DNA from: the human T2T-CHM13v2.0 reference genome, Homo sapiens
Length of the DNA stretch: 64,000 nt
Assembly: GCF_009914755.1 (NCBI RefSeq)
Contig: NC_060944.1
Strand: one strand, 5' to 3'
Shown: piece after piece, positions 28,255-46,199 of the stretch
Numbering within the stretch: position 1 is the stretch's first letter
Layout of the letters: each line of letters opens with the position of its first letter
Translations under genes and position numbers: made by a program
Notes under the pieces: model-generated
What the model saw: the letters and a program-made list of their open reading frames with translations, nothing else
Database searches by the model: none
What the model was told of the DNA's origin: nothing

Positions 28255-30065
28255 AGCCCGTGAGCAGATGCGGGTTTATTATTGCACAGACTGCAGCATC
28301 CTGAACCCCAAACCCAACCCCAAACACCAGCCCCCAAACTTGGCCTGGGAGCTTTGGCAGGCACAGGCTTGTCCCCAGCACCAGCCAAAAAAAAACAACA
28401 GAAAAAAAACAGGACAAGAATCTCCGAGACGGAGCCCGTCAGCACAGAGCAGTGGCCCCGCCCCATTCCCCCCATGCTCCAGGAGTCCTGAGAAGCTCAG
28501 ATGCAGATGCAGAGCTGTGGGCCATGGCCAGCTGAGGATGGAAGAATCTGCAGGTTCTTCTCCATGAAAATACAGTCCTGGATTCCAGCCAAGCCACAAG
28601 GTCCCAGCAGGGCTTGAAATGGCAAGTGTGAAGCTAAGGGAGAAGGTTCCCAAGCATTGAAGGGAAATGGGAAAGCTGACCCTATCAGAAGCAAACTCCT
28701 AGGTCCCAGAGCTGCCTGGGGAGGCCCTGCCACAAAGCCAAAGCCTCCAAGGTCCACAGAAATGAAGGGAGGACAGCAGCAGTTCCCTCTGGCTCAGCTT
28801 GGATGCCACGTCCTTCCCCAGGCTTGGAGGGGCCTGGAAGCCCTTTCTCTCCATTCTCCTGGAGGCAGGAAACCATAGCCTTTGGCCCTCACCCCACCCA
28901 CAGGAAGCACAAGGGCCCAGAGACCTAGTGTGGTACAAAACATCTTTAAGTGAGGTACATCCAAGTAGCCATCTTCTACCAAGTAAGCCAAAGGGGCTTA
29001 TAACTGCACCCAGGCTGTACCCAGTTGGAGCCCCCGACTTGCCCCTCTCTTGCCGGGAAATGCTTCTTGACAAGCAGCTTGTCTTCAACACCTGCCTTAG
29101 TGTCTGCCCCAGGGACATCTCCCTGGGCTTCCATGGGCTTCTGTGCTCCCCTGAGCTTTCGGTGGGCCCTGATGGGGGAGGAGACAAGCCATTTCACAGG
29201 GCATCACAGGAGATTTCTCGCCGGCCCCAGGCCTCCTGCAGGTGACCCTCTAGCATCCCAAGCACACGGGAAACCCCAAATGCAATCCCAGTCTCAGACA
29301 CACTCCAAAACAGGCCATCATCACTGCACCTTAACCCCTCTTCCCACCCTGCCCCACTGGCCACCTGGTCAGTGGCTTCCCAGCCAGAGGATCCATGGGG
29401 TCTCCCCTCGTCTATTGGTCCAGAAGGGAAGCTAACTGGACTGGTGGGAGGAGACAGAGCACTGTGTTCTGGGATATTCAAACTGACCTTGTCCATTTCC
29501 TCTACTGTCATCCAGAACATCTACAGGCAAGGGAGGGAGTGCAGGGTGCAGACTGCACAAGGACAGGTCTCTGTGCTGGTCTGAGGGGGTCTCAACACCC
29601 ACCCCACCCAGCTTCCCTGGGAGGCCTCAGCCCACAGCCAAAGGATTAAATCAAAGTGGGGCAGGGTGGGAGGAAGGGGGATGGGATTGAATATCAATGT
29701 CCTGGTTAGGTGACATCTCCCAAAACACACAAAAGCCCAGGGAGGGGACAACCTAGGGAAAGGCAAGGGAGTGGAGGAGAGCGGGGGACAGGAGCAGATC
29801 AGGAAGCTCAAGAGACCAGGGCGCTTCTCTCTGGGCTCTCCTTGCCCCTGGGTAGAGAGCTCCTGAAGGAGCCCAGGACATTCCATTCCTCTTGGCACCA
29901 CCACCGCCACCCAGCACAGGCACCGTGGGAGGCCTCCTGAAACTCTTGTGGGGTGAATGTGAACTGGACCACGGGGCTCCAGGTCCAGAGTCCAGTCCTC
30001 TTTGGCCACCCTGCCTGGCACTGCAAAAAGACGGGTCCTCATGTCCTCAGCAGGAACTTCTGGCT
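28255..30065 (-). other. JPH2: JPH2 non-coding terminal exon (3' UTR, proximal form); 3' end approximate
   Basis: Strong acceptor cccttttgctgtctctttgcAG at 30067-30066; largely repeat-free sequence ending just after an AATAAA. Confidence 0.8.
28275..28280 (-). terminator. Proximal polyadenylation signal AATAAA of JPH2
   Basis: tttatt on plus strand; U-rich tract upstream in the transcript (plus-strand A runs 28387-28409). Confidence 0.75.
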
Positions 30066-31125
30066 CTGCAAAGAGACAGCAAAAGGGTCAGGCAAGGGAG
30101 GGAGGGCAGAGGCTGGGCCGCCAAGCCAGGTGCAGGGCTCAAGCCTTGGGGCTCATCTTCTCTGGGGCAAGATCCCACCTCTGCATCCCCCCAGACAGCC
30201 CTGTCCCTTGATTCTGATACTCGGCAGGTCACAAACGGGTCCCCGAGGCCTCTCCTGGCCCTGGCTGCCTGCCTGTTTATTTACACATGCTGTTCCCTTT
30301 GCTGCTGCACTCATCTCTTCCCTCTTCCTCCCCCACTGTCATCTGGTTCACTCCTTTTCACCCTTCAGGTCATTAAAGGAATCAGTGCCTGCAGGAAGCA
30401 TTCCCAGAGCCCCTGTTGAAACATGGAACCTGCAGAGCTCAAGTGTTCACCCCTACGGCAGCACTTACCAGGCTGGTATTGTCATTGACTGTTTACATGG
30501 TGACAGCATAGACTTTCCTGGGGCTGATTAAGAACCTCCAGCCCAAATTAAGCTAGGATCAAAAAAGGGGGCCTGAGGAAAAGGCAGAAACCCTGTTATT
30601 ATTGCCAAGCATGGGATTGAGGCTGTGAAGGCTAGTTCCAGCAGGGGGAAGATTTTGTCTTGTAGATGCTTCACCTTGAGAGCAGTGAGGGCCACTCTCC
30701 TTCAGCCCAGCCCAGCCCACTCCACTTCACGGGAACTTACCCCAGCCCCCAGCTCCATCATGGGGAAAAAACTGAGAGGGAACCAATGGGCAGAGGAACA
30801 GGAGCAGGCTGGGTGTGCCAAGGGATTAAAGACTGAAGTGGGGAAGAGAGAAAGGGAGCACGGAGATGAGTGTCCCACCGTCCCAGGTGAGCTCAGTCTA
30901 GACCTGTTGTGCTCAGTGTTTGAACGGTAAGACTTTTCTGTAATGAGCTCTAAGTTCAGGGTTACTTTCATTATGTTCACCCCATTCTTGGAGCAGGAGT
31001 GAGTCCCTGCTGTATCCCCATCTCCCAGCAGAGCAGTACATGTTGGCCAAATGAATGAGTGAATGAAGCCCTCAATGCTCACCTGACAGAGAGCAGGTGC
31101 TCTGCAAACACTAAGCTAATGAAGT

Positions 31126-31127
<2 letters not shown>

Positions 31128-31164
<37 letters not shown>
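31128..31164. repeat. (TG)n microsatellite, about 18 units, in the last JPH2 intron
   Basis: Read directly. Confidence 0.95.
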
Positions 31165-31167
<3 letters not shown>

Positions 31168-31349
31168 TGGTATCAAATCACACTCTAGGTCTTGGCTTCT
31201 GCAGGTGGGTGGGCCTCAATTAGTCACAGGACTGTCATCCAAGTACCGAGTAGGTCCCTCCTCCCACCACCCTGGTGCTCAAAACTCCCCAGGGGCTCCT
31301 GCCCCCCAACCCCTCCTCCAGCCAGCTGGCTGCACCTGGTAAGCGACGG

Positions 31350-31430
31350 TCAGGTCAGGAGGTGAACAAAGAGGATGGCCAGGCCGATGTTCAGCAGGAT
31401 CACCATGCAGATGAGGATGGTGTTGGGGAC
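31350..31430 (-). CDS. JPH2: Junctophilin-2 last coding exon (exon 5): C-terminal ER/SR transmembrane anchor and stop
   Basis: [26 protein letters not shown]; acceptor cccAG at 31432-31431; TGA at 31352-31350; exon continues 14 nt to donor CAG|GTgcag at 31335-31334. Confidence 0.97.
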   Translation of the reverse strand, partial: VPNTILICMVILLNIGLAILFVHLLT

Positions 31431-31936
31431 CTGGGAGCAGTGGAGAGAGGCTTCCTGAGTCCCCATGGCCTCGGAGACACCCCCCACCCAGGTCACAGCA
31501 AGGCTGGACAGAGCAGGAACTTCTGGATGGACCTTCCTAAGAGCATTGCCGGCTTTGTTCACTGCTGTATCCTGTCACCTGGATGGCAGACCATCACAGC
31601 TGGAAGGACTCTTAGAAATAACCAAATCCCTCAGGACCCAGGGAGGGACAAGATCATGCCCCAAGTCATATAGTGTGTGAATCAGGCCTGGAACCCAGGC
31701 ATCCTGCTAATTCCCCTTGGGACGCATTCTTCAGTCCCCCAAAGCCCAGCTTCAGTCTTTGTTGCCGCCGTTCCTAGCTCCCTGCCTCCCATAAGTCAGG
31801 AGGTCTATAACCCAAATCCTGTTGGGCCCTTCTTCCACCTCCATGAAGCCCTCACTGCTACACCTTGTAGCAGATGCTGCTGGTGCCCAGCCCAACCCCC
31901 CTGACTGGGCAAATGGACCCACCCTCCAGCTGCTCA

Positions 31937-33010
<1,074 letters not shown>

Positions 33011-33552
33011 TCACCTCTCGAGCCTCATGCATGGGCTCAGTCGGCACTCACATAGCACTGACCAAGTGCCAGGCACTGTTCCAAGCACTTTCCAAATATT
33101 AACTCATCTAATCCCTGTAGTATCCCTATGAAGTTGATGCTACTGTGAACCTCAAAGGGAGGCTCTGAGAGGTTAAATCACTTGCCCAAAGACACACAGC
33201 TGTCGAAGGGCAGAGCCAGGACTAGCACCCAGCAGTCTGGCTCCAGAGGCGATGCCCTTTACTATGGCACGCGTCTCTTTCCATTCCCTTATCTGAAACA
33301 TGGGCCTGATCATACCTATTTTATAAATACGAATGGAAGGATTGAGAAAATGCATGTCAAAGGCGGAGCTCAGGGCCCCGCACCGGCATAGACCAGCAGG
33401 GGGAGCGCTGTGACCAGAAGTGAGGGATCCTCCCAGGCATAGGTTTTCGCTCCTAGGTTTTTCATCAGGCCTCCTTTGGCCTCCTTTCTGCAGCCAGGAT
33501 CACGTTTAGAAAACACACATCTGATCATGTCATTAACTTAAAAACCCTTCAT

Positions 33553-33885
<333 letters not shown>

Positions 33886-34073
33886 TCAGGGGTTCCCACC
33901 ACTCTATCCATGTGCCAGATCTCTACCAAGGCCGGGAGGTCCTCCTTACTCTGCAGCCTCGATTCTCAGGACCCACAGCCTACTTTGTGATGTGGCTTCC
34001 TGGCATGCTGCTCTGTCCGAGTTTCTGTGCCTTTGCACCTCCTCCACTCATCCCACCCAGCGCTATCTGGTAC

Positions 34074-34225
34074 AGCAGCTCTCAAAGTGTGGTCTCAGAC
34101 TAGCAGTATCCACATCGCCTGATCCTTAGAAATGCACATTCATTCATGGGCTCCACCTGAGACCTACTGAATCAGAAACTCTGGGGGTGGACCCAGCAAT
34201 CTGTGTCAAATTTGAGACCCACTGA
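34074..34225 (+). mobile_element. MER5A-type hAT element
   Basis: ctcaaagtgtggtc...gacctactgaatcagaaactctgggggtgg. Confidence 0.75.
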
Positions 34226-34598
34226 CTTGATAGACTCTTGTTCAGCCTGCAAGATTCAGCTCAAATGGCCTCTCCTGAGGGCAGCCTTCTCTAACACTTC
34301 CTCTTGCCTAACTGCTTCCTGTGAGCTCCCTCCTCTCCCATTCTAACCGCACAGTGCTCATCCTGCTGTGTGAAATGGAACCATAATCATGAAACAACAG
34401 CCACAGTCACTGAGAGCTTACTGAGGACTGGGAATGTACCTTACATGCATTTAATCCATGCACAAAAAAGCAGGCACCATTCTTACTACCATTTTACAGA
34501 TCAGGAAACTGAGGTTTACAGAGGTTAAACACCTCACTCAAAGTCTCACAGCTGGGAAGCAGCGGAATCAGGGTTTGAATGAATGCAGAGTCTGTTTA

Positions 34599-35303
<705 letters not shown>

Positions 35304-35552
35304 TTATTGAGCCTCATGGCCCAGACTGCTATGCATTCTCCAGATCATTTCTTCTTCTTTCTGAGCACTTAGATAGACTACCTTTCCCAACCTCCCTTGC
35401 AGTTAGGTGTGGTCAGGTGACTGAGTTCTGGCCAGTGCATTATGGGAAGACATCATGTATGCTATTTCCAGGCTTGGCCCATAAAAACTTCTGTGCCCTC
35501 TCTTTTTTCCCCAGCATTGCTGGTTGAATGCAGAGCAGGCTGAGTCCCCAGA

Positions 35553-36804
<1,252 letters not shown>

Positions 36805-37189
36805 GCCCATAAATGATTGCATGGAGCAAAGCCCCTTCCCACAGCCCCACAGTTGCACGTGACAGGAGCAAATTTTAAACATTCATTGTCTTAAGTACCT
36901 GAGATTTGGGAGATGTCTGTTTCAGCTGTCAGCTTAGCTTAACTCACAGAAGTACCTACTAAAGTAATAACAGTCCAATTTCCTAATGGGCCAGGCATGG
37001 TTCTAAAGGAGTTATGAAGATTATCTCATATGCTCATTCTAATGCCTTAGGAAGCTGGTGCTGTTATTATTATCCCTATTTTACAGAAAAGAAAATTGAA
37101 GTGCAAACAGGTTAAGCAATTTGCCCAAGGTCACAGAGTCCTGAAGTGCAGGAACTGGGATTTTGAACCCAGGCAACGTAACTCTAGGG

Positions 37190-37411
37190 CAGTGGTGTCC
37201 AATCTTTTGGCTTCCATGGGCCAGAAGAAGAAGAATTGTCATGGACCACACAGAAAATACACTAACACTAACGATAGCTGATAAGCTTAAAAAAAACAAA
37301 TCACAAAAAAAATCCCATAACATTTTAATAGAGTTTACGAATTCGTGTTGGGCCACATTCAAAGCTGTCCTGGGCTGCATGGGGCCCATGGGCAAGGGTT
37401 AGACAAGCTTG
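37190..37411 (+). mobile_element. MER30 hAT element
   Basis: gtgtccaatcttttggcttcc...ttgggccacattcaaagctgtcctgggc...gacaagcttg. Confidence 0.8.
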
Positions 37412-38259
37412 CTCTATACCAGTAGCTGAGCATGTGCCAGAGCCTGTGCCAGGAGCTGAGCATGGCCAGGAACTGAGGACAGAGACTCTGTGGACCAGAA
37501 AGGCTACTGTCAGATGAGGGAGCTGGCTAGTAAACAGACACAAAAACTATTTAATAAAATGCAATTAAATAAAAAGTACCTAATTATAATTGTGAAATAT
37601 GCCGTGAAGGAGGAGTAGAGAATACAATGAAAATGCAGGACAGAAAGACTTAATGTTGATGGGTGGTGGAGGTGGGCTGGTCAGGAAAGGATTCCTTGAG
37701 GAAGTTGACATTTGAGTTGAGACTTGAAGAAACACATACGTTAGGCCCCTAAGAGGTGGGCGGGTCAATGAGCCAGGTAGACAGAAGGGCATGTGCAAAG
37801 ACTCTGAGACTGAGGAAGAGCTTTGTGCCTTCGAGGAGCTGCAAAGCCAAGTCAGAGTGTCCACTCTCTACAGATGAGTTAATTCCCTGGGGAGCTGATG
37901 TGTGTGTGTCTTTATCTCAGTCTACAGCAGAGAACTGGGCGCACGGTAAGGGGGATAAATTCCCTTAAGCTTCTACTAGGCACCAGGGCTTTTATCCCTT
38001 ACAAACCTCAAAACTGTGAGGTAGTGAGGTAGTGTTTACCGGTCCCTACTTCACAGGTGGGGAAACTGAGGTTCAGAAAGGTGTCTTGCTCAAGGAAACA
38101 AAATAGGAGTTAACATTTACAAAGCACTTAGTATATGCCAAGGGCTTTACAGAAATTAACTTATTTAACCCCCCAATAACTCTACAGGGTAGATGTTATT
38201 CCTATCATCCCTCTCTACAGAGGAGACATCCAAGGCACAGGAGTATTCTAAAGAACCCA

Positions 38260-38565
38260 GGCCAGCATGGTGGCTCGTGCTTGTAATCCCAGCACTTTGG
38301 GAGGCTGAGGCAGGAAGATCATTTGAGCTCAGGAGTTCAAGACCAGCCTAAGCAACATACCAAGACCTTGTCTCTACTAACAATTAAAAAAAAAAAATTA
38401 GCCAGGTGTGGTGGCGCACACCTGTAGTCCCAGCTACTCAGGAGGCTGAGGTCAGCGGGGGGATTGCTTGAGCCCAGGAGATCGAGGCTGCAGTGAGCTA
38501 TTATCACACCATTGCACTCCAGCCTGGGCAACTGAGCAAGACTGCATCTCAGAAAGAAAAAAAGA
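38260..38565 (+). mobile_element. Alu (J-like)
   Basis: Alu dimer. Confidence 0.9.
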
Positions 38566-38894
38566 ATTCACCCAAGCTTACATAGCTAGTAAGTACCAGA
38601 GTAAGGATTCAAACCAAAGCATTCTGGGATCTAGAGTCTGTATCCTAACCACAGGCTCAATTTCCATTCAATAACAAGCAGCAGAGTAAGATTCTAAACC
38701 TGGAGCTGTCTGATGTCCAAGCCCCTGCCTCTCCACTATGCCATATTGCCATAGTAATGCTTACTGAATGAATACATGGCTGAAGGCATGCATGCAGGCG
38801 TGCACATATGTAGGGGCAAGGAGACAGCCTAGGGAAGAGTTAAGAGCACACAGTTTTAGAATTAACAGCCCTGGATTCCAATTTGGGCTCTGCC

Positions 38895-39125
38895 AAGGCC
38901 AGGGACAGAATGAGATGACCGAGGCACTCGCCTCAGGGGCAAAATTTACGGGGTTGCCAAAAAACTCAGTGATCAAGAGGAATCACATTTTAATGCAATA
39001 TTTTAAAAGTCTAAATTAATGCAAAAATAAATCCTTGATGAACAACCTATGAAGAAAATTTTAAATAAAGCCTGGATTGGACCCTGCACTTGGATCCCTC
39101 ACTTACTCACTCACCTCACCCCACT
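38895..39125 (+). mobile_element. hAT-type MITE (MER96-like)
   Basis: gaggcactcgcctcaggggcaaaattta...ccaaaaaactcagt. Confidence 0.5.
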
Positions 39126-41086
39126 GGGAGTCTAGGACCTTGGGTGCATGCATGGCTTTACCTCTCTGTGCCTCAGTTTCTTCATCTGTAAAGTGGAGAT
39201 AGTAATTCTCCCCTCCTGAAGTTGCCGTGAAAACTAAGTGAGAGGCAATGCGTGAAAGTGTTTGGCCTTGATGATGACGATGATGGGGTGTTGGTGGCGG
39301 TGGTGAAAGAGGAGGAGGAGAATGACATCTGTACATCAAAACTGAGTGTGCTACATGCATATCCCCAGGCTTATTTTTGCCTGCACGTGAGTATGTGTGA
39401 GACAAAGTTCTAAACTTTTTAGAGCCACTTCTCTGGGCACATGAAACCCCAGGAGGGAGGAGGAGGGAAAGGGCTGGGCAAGCCTTCAAACTGAGAAAAT
39501 GCCCTTTTTTTGGTCATGTGAGCAGAAAGATGCCCACTTTCTGGTGCCTTTGGAAGCTGGGTTGAGGACTCCTCAGGCAGGAAAGGCAGCCTCTCCCCAC
39601 AGCCCTGGAAGATTCTGGGGGACCCACTGTGCACAGCCAGAACAGGGGCGGCCACACAGCCCAGGGCAATGAGGGCTGCTGTGCTGGAAGCAAGCATACT
39701 CCCTGTCCATCTCCAACCACCCGGCCCGCTGCATCCTATCAGCCCTTCTCCCCTGTCCCATGCTCCCAATCTCTGATCCCAGCCTTCAGGCCAGGAATCC
39801 CGGTGTTCTTCAGCACCCTCCCTCCCCACCTCCTTCCACATCCACAGCCCATCAATCACCAACACTGGTCTCTCCGGCTCCCTTTATAACTCTTAGAACC
39901 CTCTGCCACTCCTCCTGCACCCCTTCCCATGGGTCTCCCCTGCCTGCAGGCTCACTCCTACAGCTGCTCCTACACACAGCGGCTCAGCGAGCTTGCTTAA
40001 CCACACACCCGTGGCCTCACCCCTTGCTTCAAATCTTTGCAAGGCTTCCTACTGTGCTCAAAATAAAACCCTAGCTACTTAGTATGGCCTTCGAGGCTCT
40101 CCAGACCCTTGCCCAAGGCAGTCTGGATGGGGTATACCAGCAGCTCACGGGGTGAAGGGCAGGCGGAATGACTGTGGCTGGGAGGCTATTGCTTCTAGGC
40201 CAGTGCCTCTCCTAATGCAGTCCGTGACCCCCACCCAGTATCTTCATCACCCGGAAGCTCAGATATACAAATTCTCGGGCTCTGCCCAGACCGACTCATC
40301 GGAATTTGAAGGGAACGAGCCTAGGAATCTGTGTTTTATATTCCAGATTCTGACTTAAGTTTGAGAAGCACGTGTTCGGCGGAGAGAAAAGCCAGCTCCA
40401 TCTTGAAGTTGTTCCCAGACTGCTCAACCCCCTAGGAGCCTTGGATGTTTTCCTTTTAGCACCAGGGTCCCTCCCTGAATCAAGGCCCTGCTGGGGAAAT
40501 GCAGGAAGCATTCCTGCTCTGCTGACCACTCACCATCTCTGGATCCATGCCTCTGGGTGAGGGTCTGGACGATGGCTCTGACCCTGCTTGGGGGAAGGGA
40601 GCAGTCACTGGGGCCGGGGGAGGAACAGGGAGACTCTTCTTGATTTCGTTCGGATTAACTTTCGTCAGCAGGGTTAAAAATAAGGCTGGTGTTTCTGGGA
40701 TAGGAGCAGGGCTCTCACCCAATAGAGCAACTTCTAAAAGCACCTGCCCCCACCCTGGCCTCCTTTCCCCATCTCTCCTCCCAGGCCCATAACTGCTTGG
40801 TTGTTTCCCAGTTGTCTCCACTAGGCATTGGTGGCTTTATGGGGCCAAAGGGGGACCCTCACCGGACTTGCCCTGACTCTAGGCCTTTGCTTAGGCTGTT
40901 CCCCGACCTGGAAGGCTCTCTCCCCTCCTGCCGCGATCCTGGCCTTAAAGAGTCAGTTTAAGACCCACCTGTATGTATTGGTTCATTCATTTAATACAAC
41001 TTTATGGAGTGCCTACTATGTGCTAGGCACTTTTCTGGGCACTGAAGACATAGAGGCAAACTGAACATCCAAAAATCCCTTGTATG

Positions 41087-41276
<190 letters not shown>

Positions 41277-41379
41277 TCAGCAGATGACAGTGGTAGGCTA
41301 AACCCAGCCTGCTGCCAGCTTTTGTACCACCCATGAATGGTTTTTATATATTTGAATGGTTAGAAAAAAAAAAAAGTAA

Positions 41380-41684
41380 GGCCAGGCATGGTGGCTCACG
41401 CATGTAATCCCAGCACTATGGGATGCTGAGGCGGGTGGATCACTTGAGATTAGGAGATCAAGACCAGCCTGGCCAACATGCCGAAACCCTGTCTCTACCA
41501 AAAAATACAAAAATCAGCTGGGCACGGTGGTGCGCACCTGTAGTCCCAGCTACTTAGAAGGCTGAGGCAGAGAATCACTTGAATCTGGGAGGCAGAGGTT
41601 GCAGTGAGCCAAGATTGCACCACTGTACTCCAACTCCAGCCTGGGTGACAGAGTGAGACTCTGACTCAAAAAAAAAAAAAAAAA
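41380..41684 (+). mobile_element. Alu (S-like) inside a MER58-like element (about 41270-41868)
   Basis: Alu dimer. Confidence 0.9.
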
Positions 41685-42481
41685 GTAACATTTTGTGACA
41701 CATGAAAATTATATGAAATCCAGATATCTGTGTCCCTGTAAACAAAATTTTGTTGAAACACAACTATGCTCATTCATATTGTCTAGAGTAGTTGCCATAG
41801 AGACCATATGACCTACAAACACCACAATATTTACCATCTAGTCCTTTACAAAAGTCTGCCGACCCCTGTACTAATGTATTCACTCAATGAATGTCTCCTC
41901 TACTATTATTATGAATAATATTAATCTTGGTTATTTGTTGAGCACTGTGTGACCAGCCTTACGCCATGGCCTCCTGTGTAAACACATATGGCCTCAGAGA
42001 GCTGGAGGCACGTTCTCAAGGTCACACACTAGAAAGTGAACCTGCCCAAGCTCTTACCCATGACACCAAGCTGCTGCCTTCCTGGTACCACTTCTGAGCC
42101 AGGTCCGTCATGTGCTGGGGCCAAGGATGGAAATGAATAGGACCCAGCAGCCGCCTGGGGAGCTCGCAGCCCAATGCAGCCCTGCCAGGTCAATCAGGCA
42201 ACATTTCTGGAAGTCCATGGATGAGCAGGGGCTCAGAGCAAAGTCTATAAACCACATGGTGGAGTGGCAAAGAGGCGGTAACTCTGGCCAGATTGCCCGG
42301 GTGCAGACCCTGGCTCTGCTCCTCATCACCTTAAGCCCAGTCTCCTCATCTGTAAAATGGGAATAATAAGGGCACGCGTCTCCAAGGAATGATGTGAGGA
42401 GTAAATTAGTTACAGTCACGTGGCTCAGAACACAGGAAGTGCTACCTAAGGGCTTGTTACATAAAATGAGAAGTGCAGTTT

Positions 42482-42780
42482 TAGCCTGGGCAACACAGTG
42501 AGACCCCGTCTCTACAAAAAATAAAAATAAAAACATTAGCCAGGCATGGTGGCTAATGGTCCCCGCTACTTGGAAGGCTGAGGTGGGAGGATTGCTTGAG
42601 CCCAGGAGGTCAAGGCTGCAGTGAGCTATGATTATGTCACTGCACTTCAGCCTGAGTGACAAAGCAAGACCCTATATCAGAAGAAAAAGAGAGAGAGAGG
42701 GAGGGAGGGAGGGAGGGAGGGAGGGAGGGAGGGAGGAAGGAAGGAAGGAAGGAAGGAAGGAAGGAAGGAAGAAGGGGGGG
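42482..42780 (+). mobile_element. Truncated AluJ with (GGGA)n(GGAA)n purine tail (42680-42780)
   Basis: Alu sequence followed by a purine-only repeat. Confidence 0.88.
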
Positions 42781-43649
42781 AGGGGGCACAGTGTTTTGAA
42801 GGGGACTGAAACAGAAATCCTGAATGTCCTAAATGCCACTGAATTGTTCACTTTAGTATAATAATAATTTTAAAAATCCTTCAGCCCAGGAATCCCATGG
42901 TAGGTTTGGATGATGGGGGCAGATAATCAGGGTCCCTGGCTCAGGCCACTGCCAGCCTCTCTGGAGGATGCTCAGGTGATTACAGGGAAAATGCTGCCCA
43001 GCGTCTTCCTGAGGTGGGGATGCTTCCGATGTCACTGCCCTACCCTCTCCCAAAATAGCCCCTCATCCCCAGCTCTGGCTGGTCATGACCATCTACCCCA
43101 GAACAACCATGGTCAGGCTAATCTAGAGGAAGGACCACAGCTGGGTGTCCAGTCACTGGCCCAGAGAACTCCCTAGGAGAAAGCCCCCTCCGCCCCCAAG
43201 GATGCAGGTGCAGTCAGGGAGCCCTGACCCATGGGACCTTCCTCTCCCCACCCAGGACTCCATTCATTCTCATTCGGCAAATGTGTGCTGAGCCCCTGCT
43301 ATGTGGAGCCCAGAACTGGGTGCTAGAGACATGGACAGTGGTCAATGAGGCAGGCAGTGCCCTCCTGGGAAGCCCCTCACAAGACAGGTTAAGGGCACAA
43401 ACTCAAGCCCAATTTGTAGCACCATCATCTAGATATCTGACCTTTGCTCTCTGGCCTCAGTTTCTTCAACTCTGAAATGGGGGATAATCTCACAAAATTA
43501 CTGGGAGTCTGAAATGAGATAGCACAAATGTGCTTAGCATGAACTGAGCACGTAACAAATATTAGCTATCATTATTGTTTCTGTTACTATTATAACAATG
43601 CTGACCAGCATTCACTTCCAAAATTCTATCATTTGCCAACATATGGATG

Positions 43650-44810
<1,161 letters not shown>

Positions 44811-45255
44811 TACTTCTACAAACACTGTTTCTAATAAGAAAAAATGGGAAATAACCTAAGGGCTCATCCCACCCTCTGAGGTAGGTACTACCACTTTACA
44901 GATGAGGAAACTGAGGCACAGGGAGGTTAGATCATTTGCTCATTCTCGTTATAATCAAAGTAATAATGAAGGCAGACATGGCCCCTGCTCTTGAAGGTTG
45001 TAGAGTCTGCTAAGAGAGACAAGACCAAGTAAAAAGTCTTGAGTGCAGAACAAGCCTATGGGGCAGGAGAAAGCCCATGGGGTGGGTGACATGTCCATAA
45101 TTTGTATTTTATTATTTTTATATTATAAATATTAATATAAGACATATTGTATGCACTATAAAAATAAAATGGCTTCCTCAAAGAAAATTTTGGAAAATGA
45201 GCATTTTTAAAAATAAAAAATTGCTATTAATATTTTCGTCTTTTTCTTTTTAACA

Positions 45256-45415
45256 TTTTTTTTTTAAAGATACAGAGTCTCGCTCTGTTGCCCAGGCTTG
45301 GGTGCAGTGGTGCAATCATAGCTCACTGCAACCTTGAACTCCTGGGCTCAAGTTATCCTCCCACTTCAGCCTCCCAAATAACTCAGATTACAGGGGCATG
45401 TCACAGTACCCGGTT
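45256..45415 (-). mobile_element. Alu monomer
   Basis: Reverse right-arm-like monomer. Confidence 0.82.
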
Positions 45416-45691
45416 AACATGGTGGTGTATTCCAAGTTGGTTAGGAACACAGCTGCATGACTGTTGGTGACTTACTGAAATTCTCTGTGCTTTGATTTTT
45501 CCATCTGTAAAACGAGGTTATGAAGAGCCCCTATCTCATAAGCTTGTGGGGATTAGAGAGAGAACTGACCAGCAGAAAGCACTGGGAACAGGGCCTGGCA
45601 CACAGCAAGCTCGATGCAGATTTGTTCTAGTTGAGGTGAGGAGTAAGGGTGGTGTTGGGGATTCTGAGGTTGGGGGCTGTGATAGCCCTCA

Positions 45692-46145
<454 letters not shown>

Positions 46146-46199
46146 CCACTGCTGCTTCCTGAGAGCTAACTATGCGCCAGACACTCAGCCAAAGGCATC

